Below, one piece after another: positions 40,822-52,615 of a stretch of 64,000 nt of DNA; within the stretch, counting starts at the first letter, position 1, and every line of letters starts with the position of its first letter. The notes below the pieces were generated by a model that saw only the letters and a program-made list of their open reading frames with translations, was not told the origin of the DNA and ran no database searches. Made by a program: the position numbers and the translations under genes. Origin of the DNA: Callorhinchus milii (taxonomy: Eukaryota); contig NW_024704746.1 of the NCBI RefSeq assembly GCF_018977255.1, forward strand, positions 16,554,001 to 16,618,000, in the 5' to 3' direction.

Positions 40822-43226
40822 AATTACTAATATTATTAACTGGGGATCGAACCTGGGACCTTCCCAGTCTGTATAGCTCAGCTACTTACTAGATATACTC
40901 ACTGAGCCATTGGGGGAGCTCCTGTCCACCCTGTCATATGGAAAGGTGCATGCTATGGGGAGACACAAGAAAAAGGAAGGAAAAAATATCTTAAAAATAG
41001 TGAGTCTCACAATCCTCAAAATAAAAGCGAACCACTTTAAAGCAAAATGAATGATTATCCGAAGGTCTGTAAAGTTACAGACCTCGAAATATCAACATCT
41101 TATTTACTGCTTGTTGGTGGACTATGGACCTTTTGAGGTGTGAGTTTATTATAAGAAAGTTGCATAATAAGATGACGCAGCCAAGTTCCGCAAATGTACC
41201 TGCCTTCCAAAAATCACCCCTGCAATCGGTTAAAACTCCTATTTATAAACCATTTGCACAATTTCAAGGTTTTCGCTTCTAAAACAATTGTCAGCTAAGT
41301 TCAACCTTTTCAAGCAAGTAAATTTGATTTTTCGAATGAAACAAGAGGCTTCATCAAGTGGTCTCAAGCTCCAGCCTTGACTCCCAGGGCTTCAATTGCT
41401 CCTCATGACCTTCTGTCCTCCCAATTTAAATTGGATCAAGGCTCCCTTCTTCATCACTATCAATTGTAGAAGCTTTAAAACCTCGGTTTTATTCCCTTAG
41501 TGAGGACTCCAACATTCCTGTGAGGGACAAAGTGTACAGATTGAGTCTGCGTGCAGACAATATTCTGCTTCTTACACAGGAAGAAACTTTCTTTAAAATA
41601 TTGAGGTAAGCTTATGGTGACGGGTGAATTCTAGAATTATAGAGATTTATTGCACAGAATGAGGCCATTTGGCTCATCAAGTCTGCGCCAGCTCTCAGAG
41701 CAAGGTGTTGATTCAGAGTAAGGTGCTCACTGTTATTCTGCTTGATGTCAAAAAGCTTTAGGTGAGTAGACCTGTGCACATGGTCAAGTTCAGTTTTGGT
41801 CCTAACTGGAAAAAGATGGTCTATGTACTCCAAAGCCTCTTATTACAAAAGTAGGTATCTGCCAAGGCAAATGTAGTGGTCTTCCCAATTGTCCAATCAG
41901 GTTATTCCATCAGAGCTCCTGAAATGTCTTTAGCCAGGCTGAGCTTCAGTAAGCTATAGGCCCACTGATAGTCCACTGGACTCCTAGGTTCACGAATATA
42001 CAATTTAGCCTTTTATCTCAGGGATGTCGTATTACAGGGAATATCTATTAAGGTTAGTTAGCTGTGGCTGAGATTGGATGAGGAGGATGAAGAGGAGACT
42101 TTTGAATTTTCACTAAATACATTATTTTTGTTTAAAATCAATCTCTTGCATAGAGGACCTTGTAATCGCTCCATTTTCCAAATGTTTATCCTAGATTCAA
42201 GCGTTTTATCGTTCTGAACTGGTTTGCTCACAGGAAGTTCTTCTGGGATAACCCAAACTGAAAATAAACAATGACATACCCAAATTGGTACTCTTTAAAT
42301 CTACAAATATAAGCAAACTTGGGGATCTAAATGTGGACAGAAATATACATACATTTGAGATTCTGAGGGGCATTTATGTCCTCCTCCAATGGAGCTCATA
42401 AATTATCTACATGTTAGGCAGATGATCAATGAGTATTCAAGTGGCAGACAGAAGAATTTCTAGTCACTAAATAGGTATTGCAAAAGATACCAAAAGTCTT
42501 GGAGTTGATACTGTCCCTTGTGGATACTGTAATGTTAACTAGAGATTCAGGCACCTCTAATGACACAGAAATAGTGCATTATGATAGCTTTTTCATTTCT
42601 GGAGTCTGATTCAAATCCACCTGGAGAGGTGGAATTAAAATCTTTTTTTCTAAAGACTCAAAATGAAGTAAGGTTGTGCTTGCTGACCTAATTGCCAGTG
42701 AATGCAAGAAAATAAGACAAAATTAGAAATTTGTGTCAACTGTAACATCTAGAAGGAAGTTCATATTGCTGACTTAGGTGCCAGTTTATCTGGGAGTAAC
42801 CGATACAGGAAAAGCGCTTGTGTTGAGTTTGTCAAATTGTGTTATGATGGGTGAGCAAAAACTCCCACTTCCGGGTTATCAGGTTGCCACAAAAGTCACC
42901 TTCGAATTTCTAACACTAGAGATGCTCTCGAGAGCAAAGCTCCCTGCGGGCTGTCGGCCTGTGCAGGAAGCTGGTCAGACCACACCAGAAGCCAGACTTG
43001 CACTGCGCCAGTAGATAGAATACCCAGGTTACAAGAGGACCCACTTAGTGAGACTAATTAGAATGCAGTTGCCATGCAGTGCTGAAGCAGATTCCACAGC
43101 GGGCTGGTATAATTACCAGTCTTAGAAAGCAGATCAAAATTGAAGTAGAAGGCAGAACGCTAAATTAGTAGAATGGAATGGAATATATATATATATATAT
43201 GACTTACTCTCTACAATCAGACTTAC

Positions 43227-43407
43227 TAGATCGTTCTGGTGATTTAAACTTTTCCTCTGCACCATAAGTCACTTTTTTCTCTCTTTTCTCCTCTTCATCA
43301 GATTCTGAATAAGAGCTGCTGTTACAGCTACTGCTTCTGCTGCTGCTTTCGTCACCCTTCTGCTTCCGTGTAGAGGGCTGGGTACTCTCTGGCATAGAGA
43401 ACAACGG
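43227..43407 (-). CDS. TTLL7: TTLL7 exon 11/17 (PLFSMPESTQ...Ser-rich...KREKKVTY...ERS)
   Basis: PL.SMPES, SESDE and KREK.VTY match TTLL7. The donor A|gtaagt at 43227 gives phase 1, as needed for the acceptor at 36044. A second donor exists at 43208. Confidence 0.9.
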
Positions 43408-43466
43408 CTGCAAAATGCAGAAAGAAAAAAAAACTCTTATCATTTCTAACTAGTGCGGTTTGCAAA

Positions 43467-43815
43467 AATAATAAGAATAGGATGCCTTTCATATCAGGAG
43501 GACATCTCAAAGCCCTCCACAGGATTTTTACTGTAGTATGACCGTATTTTTTGGGGAGAATGTGGCAATGAATAACCAATTTTATTTAGGGGATTGTAGG
43601 CCAAGACAACAGGAGAACCTCCTTCTCTTTTCCAATAGTGCTATGGGATCTTCAATATCCAACTGAACGTCTCATCCGAAGGATAGCATCTTTATAATGC
43701 AACATATCCTGAAGTGTCAGCCTAAAGTATATGCATTTCAAATCCCAACGTAGGGCTTGAACCTACAACCTTCTGACTTAGAGAAGAGAGTGCTACCAAC
43801 TGAGCCAGGCTGCCA
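43467..43815 (-). mobile_element. Older DeuSINE-type element (tRNA head + Deu core + L2-like tail)
   Basis: Minus strand reads TGGCTCAGTTGGTAGCACTCT..GGTTCAAGCCC..AGGCTGACACTTCAG..CGGATGAGACG..GATCCCATAGCACTATT, resembling recalled SacSINE1/AmnSINE Deu domain. Confidence 0.8.
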
Positions 43816-43911
43816 TTTAATAATCTTTACTGACGTTTTCCCCCATTAATACATTAAAAAGATACTGAAAGTAATAGCCCAAAGGTGTTGTTCCAGGATG
43901 AATTAATTTAC

Positions 43912-43998
43912 CTTCGGCCCTCTCTGTCGAGGAGATTTTCCCAGAAGCTTTTCATCGTCCATCTCACACTGCTCCAGCAGATCTAGAATATCTTCTTC
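43912..43998 (-). CDS. TTLL7: TTLL7 exon 10/17 (EEDILDLLEQCEMDDEKLLGKSPRQRGPK)
   Basis: Matches TTLL7. Acceptor ttaaag, donor AAG|gtaaat, 87 nt. Confidence 0.95.
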
Positions 43999-46340
43999 CT
44001 TTAAAAAAATATAGTATGTATCGACAAGCCAAGACCTCAGAACCTCTCTCTTTCAGGAAGCAGTAACACTTCACATTTTTGCAAACAAAGGTGGGTTGTT
44101 GATATAAACAAATTCAAGATAAGTGAGTAGGTCTGTAATTGAATGCTTCTGGTGAAATATAGGGAAACACAAGACCTCCAGGAGAAGAGTGAGCTTACTG
44201 AATCAACAAAATAATTAACCAACTGCAACAATCACATTGTAAGAAATTTGTCTTATTTGACATCTTAAGTAGGTTGGATTTTAGAAACAAATCCATCCCT
44301 GTCACCTTTGTCTCAAAACTTCTTTCAGACCATTTGAATAAGTGAGCGAACTTTGTCCAAGAACATTCTATGAGACTTATGAGCAGGATATTTCAGCAGG
44401 GCATGGATTTTGAGGTATGTGAGCGCTGACAGACATCAACCACTTCTAGTATAAACTCCTTACTTTGTTTGATGTCAGAGTGACAAGGATTCCATGAAAA
44501 AGCATTCTGAAACCCTTTGATTGTTTAAGAAGAAGAAAAGGAAAACCTATTAACCTACATGTCATGTTTTGCATTGCTGTCATGTGCAAATAACACGACA
44601 ATACATTTTGGCGCGATTTATATCTTTGCGTTCTTGTATTCACAAACAAAGCAAAGCAACATTTCCCAAACATGAAAAGTGTAGCCTTTTAAATACACTC
44701 AATTTCTAGGTGGTGTATGAAATCCTGCAATTTAACACACTCCTCCAGCTGAAAGACATGTCAAGTTCAGATTGATGAAACATATACCTCACATGGCACG
44801 CTTCATGTTTTCCATATGTTTCTTTCACTTCATTTTTGAATGAATGTCTAATAAAATTCAACATTCTAAATTATACCAAAGCTATTCAAAGCAGCCTTTT
44901 TATCTGAAAAAGCAGCAGGCAATGTCTTGATTGATTGATTACCCTTCTATGCAGAAAGTCCCCAGTTCAGTGTCCCAGAGCTGCCAATCATTCAGACTCG
45001 CTTGCCTGGGCTTAGTAATGTTTGCTAGTTCTCAGCGGTTGCACTATTGCAGAAGTGAAATTCAATCTGAGGGAAAGAGGACTTGACAAAGGAACCGGTC
45101 ATTGCAAGGCTCTAACAACACAGGCCCAGTTCTCCTTCTAGCTGAAAAAAGTAGCCACTAAACCAGCACAACCAGAAAAGAAAGAATATTTAAGAGTCAG
45201 CTGCCTCAAACACTAAGTCAATCCTGCTCCCAAGAATACAGGGAAAGTGGATATCTCCCTTTCTTAAACCTCCACACACAATATCCATGAATGCCATAAA
45301 TGCATAATTCTTAAGACGTCCAAAGATAGGAATGGCTCAAACACACCGTGTCAACATAACAATGTAAAACACATATGCTTCTCTCTTGTCTCCATGTGAT
45401 GATACCAGACATCCAGGGAAAATATTCCAAATTCTTACAAACTGGTGCAATTTTTAAAGGACTCAGAACATTAGATTTAACTAGAGACATCACGGGAAGC
45501 AACTCTTGTTTGTCCACAGAACAGATGTTCATTTTTCATCTTAAAAACATAAAAAGTTTGCGAAAAATCTAGTTTCTTGCTAGTACATTGTAGAATATAC
45601 GCATGTACTTTTAAGCTTGGGAAGAGCTTTCACTACTCAGAGGGAAGATGATATCATTTGTAACCAACGTGCAGGATAATAAGATTCCCGTTTGACCTAT
45701 TTAGCTGCTTCTGTAGCCTGACCAACAAGCCAGGACATGTAGAACAGAAAGGATTAGCGCTGAAGGTGCTTTTCTTGCTTTTTAAATAAAGCTACAAAGG
45801 GGAACGGAGATCAAGAGTGCGCGTCTCTTGGGAAAAGTCTTTTCACATTGCTCCATTGGTGACGAGATTTTACAGCTCTGGTGTGGAGTGCTGGCTTGTT
45901 CCTCTTTTCCCCCCTTCAAGCTCCGTACATCACAGCATCCAGCCCATCAGTTCTTAGCCAGACCACTAGATGGACAGCATGACAATAGCGGAGGGCACCA
46001 CCTGCAGGCAGAGGTTGGAACAGCAGGCCCCCCCCCCCCCCCACGACTTTTTCGATCAGTTGCCCACTGTCAACCAACCCACCCTCACAGATGGTGCTGC
46101 TCAGAAAATTCCCACTGACATCCCTGTCCTCCTCAGCTGCTACGAATACTTCTACAAGGAGAATACGTGCTGAATGGAGGAAGGGAAAATTGAGGGGGGG
46201 GGGGCGGGGGAAGAAATGTAAAGAACATTTTGGCAACTCATTTTAATGAAATCTGTATCTTAAAAGCAATGCCGTCGAAACCTGCCCGGATGTGTAATTT
46301 TGCTAATGAATATGTTAGGCTGGGCTTCCTGGCCCATTAC

Positions 46341-46476
46341 CTTCATGTGCTTCAGGGGATTGTTCAGTTCCCTTTGCAGTGATGCTGCCCTTCCAGCCAG
46401 GAATGTCTGAAAGGCAATAGCCAGCAGATTCTCATACTTCTCCAGCAACTGCTTGTCATCAGGTGGATAAATCCGT
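46341..46476 (-). CDS. TTLL7: TTLL7 exon 9/17 (RIYPPDDKQLLEKYENLLAIAFQTFLAGRAASLQRELNNPLKHMK)
   Basis: Matches TTLL7. Acceptor aactag, donor AAG|gtaatg, 136 nt. Confidence 0.96.
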
Positions 46477-46808
46477 CTAGTTTGACAGAAAAGGAACAGT
46501 CTGTTATTGAGGTCAATAATGTCATCCACTAAATGAACCGTTGATAGGTGTAATATATATAAATACATATGTATTGTGGATCACTTCTAACTGAGCAAAG
46601 AGGATGAAAAACTTTTTCATTTTTTACAATAATTTAGCTGTATGAAGTATATAATGAAACAATCAGTTGAGAGCCCAGAGTGAGCTACATCCGGAGTGAG
46701 GCGAGGCCAGAGTGAGAAGGAATTGGGTGAGAGTGGGAATTAGGTGCAGAGGGGAAGTATATCTTCTAAACGACAATAATACAGGGATAAATAGAGTGAG
46801 AGGAGAGA

Positions 46809-47749
46809 ATGACCTGGCAGGTGATGTGTGAGGAATGTGGTATGTGGGAGTTGATGGAGGCAACCTGAGCCCGGGTGACTTCATCTGCAGCAAATGTCTG
46901 CAACTGAGGAAGCTCCAGCTTAGAATAGCTGAGCTGGAGCCTCAGGTGGAGACACTGCGCAGCATTAGAGATGGTGAGAGCTTCCTGGACAGTTTCATCC
47001 TGGAGCCAGACACTCCCACGAGTCCCAGGGAACATTTCCGTTGCCAGCCACGGACAGGACTGGGTGACGGTCAGACAGGCGCGTAAGGAGACCCGAAAGA
47101 GAGGGGCAGAGGAACCCCAGGCTTTAACCTTGTCCAAAAGGTATGAAATACTTGCAACCTGCATGGACAAGGAAGTCTGTGAGGAAGATGGGCAAACTTA
47201 CCCCAACACCTCCCCACACTGGTAATAGTCAGAAGGAATATAGTGGTAATTGGGGATGAGACAGTCAGGAAGACTGACGCACTTTTCTGCAGCCGTAGCA
47301 AGGAGACAAGAAGACTCTGTTGCCTTCCTGGGGCCAGGGTGAAGGATGTCACTTCTGGTCTGGAGAAAAATTTGAAGCAAGAGGGAGTGGATCCAATAGT
47401 TGTGATTCACATAGGGACCAATGATGTAGGTAGGACAGGTAGGGACGAGTTGAGGAGCAAGTTCCGGGAATTGGAAGTTAAGCTTAAGAGTAGAATTTCG
47501 AAGGTGTTAATATCGGGATTATTACCTGAGCCAGGGGCAAATTGGTACAAGCAAAAAAAAATTAAAGAACTGAATACCTGGCTAAAAGAATGGTGCGGAG
47601 GGCAGGGGTTTCACTTTACAGGCCACTGGCACCAGTATTGGGGGAGACAGGAGCTATTCCAAAGGAATGGACTCCACCTAAACAGCGCCGGGACAAATGT
47701 CCTGGCAATACGAATAAATAGGGAGGTAGACAGGGCTTTAAACTACTAA
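46809..47749 (+). pseudogene. CR1 ORF1 (CxxC..CxxC zinc finger + leucine zipper + SGNH/GDSL-like esterase), frameshifted
   Basis: MTWQVMCEECGMWE..., FICSKCLQLRKLQLRIAELE, VVIGDE.VR, CCLPGA, HIGTND, GLHLN..GT, ending RALNY*. Split over several frames. Confidence 0.9.
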
Positions 47750-50713
47750 GGGGGGGGGGAAATTCAATCACATGTAATCTGTCACAATTAAAATTAGGAC
47801 CGATGAAAGTGGGAGAGCAGATTAACCAGGGTGACGAGCAATGTGTGTCAAGCGGGGAAAGGAAGCCCAAGGATAGGGTACTGGTGAAAAGGACTAATAG
47901 CCCGAAGTCAGAATTAAAGGTGCTAGTTCCGAATGTGCGAAGCATTCGAAACAAGATAGATGAGTTAAATGCATAAATAGAAACAAACGGGTATAATCTG
48001 GTAGCCATCACCGAGACATGGTTACAGGGAGATCAAGGGTGGGAGCTAAATATTCCAGGGTATGTGGCGTATAGAAAAGATAGGCAATGTGGTAAACGAG
48101 GAGGGGGTGTGGCCCTGCTAATAAAGGATGGGATAAAAACAGTAGAGAGGAAAGATTTTAAAATCAGAAAAGCAGGAAGTAGAGTCAGTATGGGTAAAGG
48201 TACGTAACAACAAGGGGCAGAAAACTCTAGTGGGAGTAGTTTATAGACCCCCGAACAGCAGTCATGGTATCTCTCAAGGTATAAATCAGGAAATTAGCAG
48301 AGCATGCAGTAAAGGAAAATCATTAATTGTGGGTGATTTTAATCTGCACATAGATTTGGGCAACCAAATTGGGAAAAGTATGATAGAGGAAGAGTTTATA
48401 GCATGTATTAGGGATAATTACCTAGATCAGTGTGCCGAGGAGCCAAGCAGGGAACAGGCCTTGTTTTGTGCAATGAAGCAGGGCTGATCAGCAAACTGGA
48501 AATTAAGGCTCCTCTAGGGCAAAGTGATCATAATATGATGGAATTTAGCATTAAGTTAGAGAGATAAGTAGTTAAGTCCGAAGCAAAGGTTTTAAATTTA
48601 AGTAGAGCCAATTTTGCTGGTATGAGAGAGGATTTAGCCAAAATAAACTGGGAAATTAGACTTAAGGATTTGACAGTAGACCAGCAATGGCAGACGTTTA
48701 AGGAGATAGTGCAAAATTCCCAGCGAGCACGTATTCCTTTGAGGAATAAGAATGCCACGGGAAAGGTGGCCCAACCGTGGCTAACTAGAGCAGTTAGGGA
48801 AAGTATAAAGTTAAAGGAAGAAGCCTATAAAACAGCTAAGATGAGTAGTAAACCTGAGGATTGGGAGAACTTTAGGGATCAACAAAGGAGAACCAAAAAA
48901 GTGATTAAGAGGGAGAAAATGGAATATGAGGGCAAACTAGCAAAGAACATAAAGACAGACTGCAAGAGTTTTTATAAATATATAAAGAGGAAGAGGCTGT
49001 CAAAGGTAAATGTGGGTCCGCTACAGGCAGAGACGGGGGAATTATAGTAGGGGACAAAGACATGGCAGAGTCATTAAACAAGTACTTTGCCACTGTCTTC
49101 ACCTTAGAAGACACTGAAAACCTACCAAGAATAGAGGGGAACCAAGAAGACAAATGTTAGCGAGCAACTTGGGGGAATTAATATTAGTAAAGAAATGGTT
49201 TTAGGTAAATTGTCAGGTCTTAAAACTGATAAATCTCCTGGACCTGATGGCCTACATCCTAGGGTTTTAAAAGAGGTGGCTACTGAGATAGTGGATGGCT
49301 TGTCTTTGATCTTCCAAAATTCTCTGGATTCTGGAACGGTTCCCATTGATTGGAAGATTGCAAACGTAACACCACTATTTAAGAAGGGTGGGAGAGAAAA
49401 GATGGGGAACTATAGACCAGTTAGTCTGACATCAGTGGTAGGGAAAATTCTTGAGTCCTTAATTAAAGATGTTGTTATGGGATTCCTGGAAGACCATAAC
49501 AAGATTAGGCAGAGTCAACATGGCTTTACAAAAGGGAAGTCATGCTTAACTAATCTTTTAGAGTTTTTTGAAGATGTATCTAGCAGGTTAGATAGGGGGG
49601 AACCAGTAGATGTAGTATATTTAGATTTTAAAAAGGCATTTGACAAAGTGTCACGCAAAAGGCTATTGCACAAGGTTAAGGCCCACGGGATTAATGGGAA
49701 CATGGATCGAAGAGTGGCTAACAGGTAGAAAACAGAGAGTAGGGATAAACGGGTCATTCTCGAATTGGCAGGATGTGACTAGTGGAGTGCCACAAGGATC
49801 AGTGCTTGGGCCTCAGCTATTTACAATTTACATCAATGATCTAGACGAGGACATTGAATGTAACGTATCTAAATCCGCGGATGACACTAAACTAGGTGGG
49901 AGAGTAAGCTCTGAGGATGATGCAAAAAGATTGCAACGGGATATAGATAGGCTAGCGGAGTGGACGAGAAGGTGGCAGATGGAATTTAATGTGGGGAAGT
50001 GTGAAGTTATTCACCTAGGTAGAAAAAATATAAAAACAGATTCTTTTCTAGAGGGGGAGACATTAGATAGTGTTAGTGTTCAGAGGGATTTGGGTGTCCT
50101 TGTACACCAGTCTCAAAAAGTTAGTTTGCAGGTGCAGCAAGCAACTAAGAAGGCGAACGGCATGTTAGCGTTCATTGCAAAAGGTTTAGAGTACAAGAGT
50201 AGGGAAGTCTTGCTGCAACTGTATAGGGCCTTGGTGAGACCGCACCTAGAGTATTGTGTGCAGTTTTGGTCTCCTTATTTAAAAAAGGACATACTTGCCC
50301 TAGAGGGGGTGCAGCGTAGATTCACTCGGTTAGTTCCTGGGATGAGGGGACTGACCTATGAGGATAGGCTGAATAAACTAAGGCTATATTCTCTAGAGTA
50401 CAGAAGAATTAGGGGAGATCTTATTGAAACATGTAAGATTCTTAAAGGGCTGGATAAAGTAGACACTGAGGGTCTGTTTCCCCTGGTAGGAGAATCTATA
50501 ACCAGGGGTCACAGTCTTAAAATTAAGGGTCAGCCTTTTAGAACAGAGTTGAGGAAACATTTCTTCACTCAGAGGGTAGTGAATTTATGGAATTCACTAC
50601 CTCAGAAGGCTGTAGGTGCTCAGTCCTTGAACATCTTCAAGGCTGAGACTGATAGATTTTTTAAAAATAGAGGGATTAGGGGATATGGGGATAGGGCAGG
50701 TAATTCGAGTTAG
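47737..50713 (+). pseudogene. CR1 ORF2 (AP endonuclease + reverse transcriptase), disrupted
   Basis: N.RS..NK, AITETWL, GVVYRPP, GDFN, SDH, KSPGPDG, NYRPVSLTS, YLDF.KAFD, GVPQGSVLGP, SADDTKL. Premature TAA at 47974-47976 and several frameshifts. Confidence 0.93.
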
Positions 50714-51235
50714 GTCTGAAGATCAGTCATGATCTTATCAAATGGCGGGGCAGGCTCGAGGGGTGGAATGGTCAACTCCTGCTCCTAATTCTTATGTTCT
50801 TATGTTGGTACAATAAAACTAACTTCTGCAGCTAATAGAGGTAAGCTACTACAATCTGGGTGTCAGTTTAGATTGCTGGCATTGAAGTACAATCTGTAAA
50901 CTTCAGATCAAATTCTCAGCTGCCTTCTACAATACAAGTAGATGATACCTAGAAGTTACAGAAGGGCGAATAGACTACTGTGTTTATAAACCTATTCATG
51001 GTGTACGTTCTGTTTATTGTTTTAACAGTGTAAAATGTACAGAAAGTGGATTTAGATGTGAAATTGTAATATTGAAATACAATTTCTCAAAAAAAATCCA
51101 CAAGATTTGTCATCAAAAGTATCTCTACAACACCATAACACTGATGTTTTCATTACAAACATTTTTCATTGTGTTATTGTACTTAAAGGGTTACTATACC
51201 TTGTTTCAATCACAATATATAAGCAAAGTCGTTAC

Positions 51236-51309
51236 CTGTAGTTCCCCAAATGTCTGTTTTCATGCTCTTCCCTTGAAATCTGCTTGCGAACCTGAGAAAG
51301 CCTTTCCTT
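51236..51309 (-). CDS. TTLL7: TTLL7 exon 8/17 (KERLSQVRKQISREEHENRHLGNYR)
   Basis: Near identity to recalled TTLL7. Acceptor ttgcag, donor AG|gtaacg, 74 nt. Confidence 0.96.
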
Positions 51310-51580
51310 CTGCAAACAGTGGGAGAAAAAAGTGATTTCTAAATATTACGTTACTATAATAATCATCCTTACATTTGATATAGCGCCTTATCATGTCTTT
51401 GAGACTTCTCAAAGTGCTACACAGAATATACTGTAAAGTGAATTTTGACTGTGTATTTTGTAAGCAAAACTATATATTGTAATCTTAAATTGGGACGTTC
51501 TCCTGACGTGAAAGGCGCTAAACAAATATAATTTGTTGTTGTAGTTAAATCTTAAGAGGAAAAAGTAATTGAATTCCTAC

Positions 51581-51728
51581 CAGCTCCTCTCTTCTCATCT
51601 CTAGTGAATAGCGCTGTTTCTCCCACTCAGAGGAACCTGCCAACAGACGCTTCATACAGCCTTGCCCGTAAAGTCTCTTTTGAGCCTCAGCTTTCTGCTG
51701 GGCGAGGTTCTTACTTTTATCACTTGCT
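51581..51728 (-). CDS. TTLL7: TTLL7 exon 7/17 (ASDKSKNLAQQKAEAQKRLYGQ...RREEL), cationic microtubule-binding region
   Basis: Matches TTLL7 SDK..NLA.QKAEAQ.RLYGQ. Acceptor tttcag, donor CTG|gtagga, 148 nt. Confidence 0.96.
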
Positions 51729-52234
51729 CTGAAACAGAAACCAAACTTGACTGAGAAACACCAAAAATGTAGTTCATAACACAGAATCTGCTCTGCATCT
51801 CCCCTATACACTCTCGTCATCAATTCTCAGCTCAACTCTACAAATAATAATCCTTGCATTTGATATTATTCAACAAAGTGACTTTCCAGTCTTTCAGCTC
51901 AAGAATATCACCACTTTGTTGAATGAGCTGACAGTGCCTAAATACTAACAAATATGTGCTTACTGACAGTACCATTGCCACTAGGTAAAACACTCGAAAC
52001 CCAGCCACCAAATGTACCACCAAAACAAAGCTTTAGCACAGATTTAGACAATTTTAAAATGAATCTAAATCTTGAGGTTGCTGTATCAATGTGCTGATAA
52101 TTGTTTCAAACACAATCCTCTGGCAAACAATAGCGCACTATATTAATCAAGCTGCAACACCAACTCCACTTACTGCTTAATCACAGACTGGAATTAACTA
52201 CATATTATTTATTGTTCTCATTTGCACACATTCT

Positions 52235-52594
52235 ATCTCTTACAGAATAGACTGTAAAGTGAATTGACTGTATATTTTGTGGGCGAAATATGGCAGCCAA
52301 TTACACCCAGAAATTGAGCGACAAAATTATTATTATTATTTTATTTTTACTTTTTTTTGAACTGATTATTTTTCCCGGAAAAGCGATCCGCCAATCAACT
52401 AACAACCAGGTTCCTACGTACTCCTAGGTGAACAGAGGCATGTGGAGTGAGGAAACTTGCTCGATGTTTCGCCCTGCCCGGGAAAAGAACTCAGGTCCTC
52501 TCACTTGCAAGGTGAGTTCTCATCTGCTAGACGTCTCAAAGCGCTTCACAGAATAGACTGTAAAGTGAATTGGCTGTATATTTGTGGGCGAAAC
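52235..52594 (-). mobile_element. Composite of two SINE pieces (head + middle + body, plus a second body fragment)
   Basis: ACAGAATAGACTGTAAAGTGAATTG..GTGGGCGAAA occurs twice, with a tRNA-like head at ~52460-52520. Confidence 0.8.
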
Positions 52595-52615
52595 ACTTAC
52601 TGAATGTTAACTTAC

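Larger units (their letters stand above)
46664..50806 (+). mobile_element. Near full-length CR1-clade LINE (5'UTR, ORF1, ORF2, (TTCTTATG)2 tail), decayed, antisense to TTLL7
   Basis: ORF1 has zinc finger/leucine zipper and esterase domains, ORF2 has APE and RT domains, and the 3' end GAATGGTCAACTCCTGCTCCTAATTCTTATGTTCTTATG is CR1-typical. 5' boundary approximate. Confidence 0.96.

Noticed and set aside
45828-46236. GC-richer segment with overlapping ORFs
   Set aside because: No recognisable motif or convincing splice sites; contains C/G homopolymers and is probably a decayed repeat.
49640-50713. 357-aa ORF as a functional or domesticated RT gene
   Set aside because: It is the distal fragment of a frameshifted ORF2 lacking the N-terminal RT motifs; the upstream part has stops.
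46650-50820. Target-site duplication for the CR1
   Set aside because: Only a weak ACAAT match at the flanks; not convincing.
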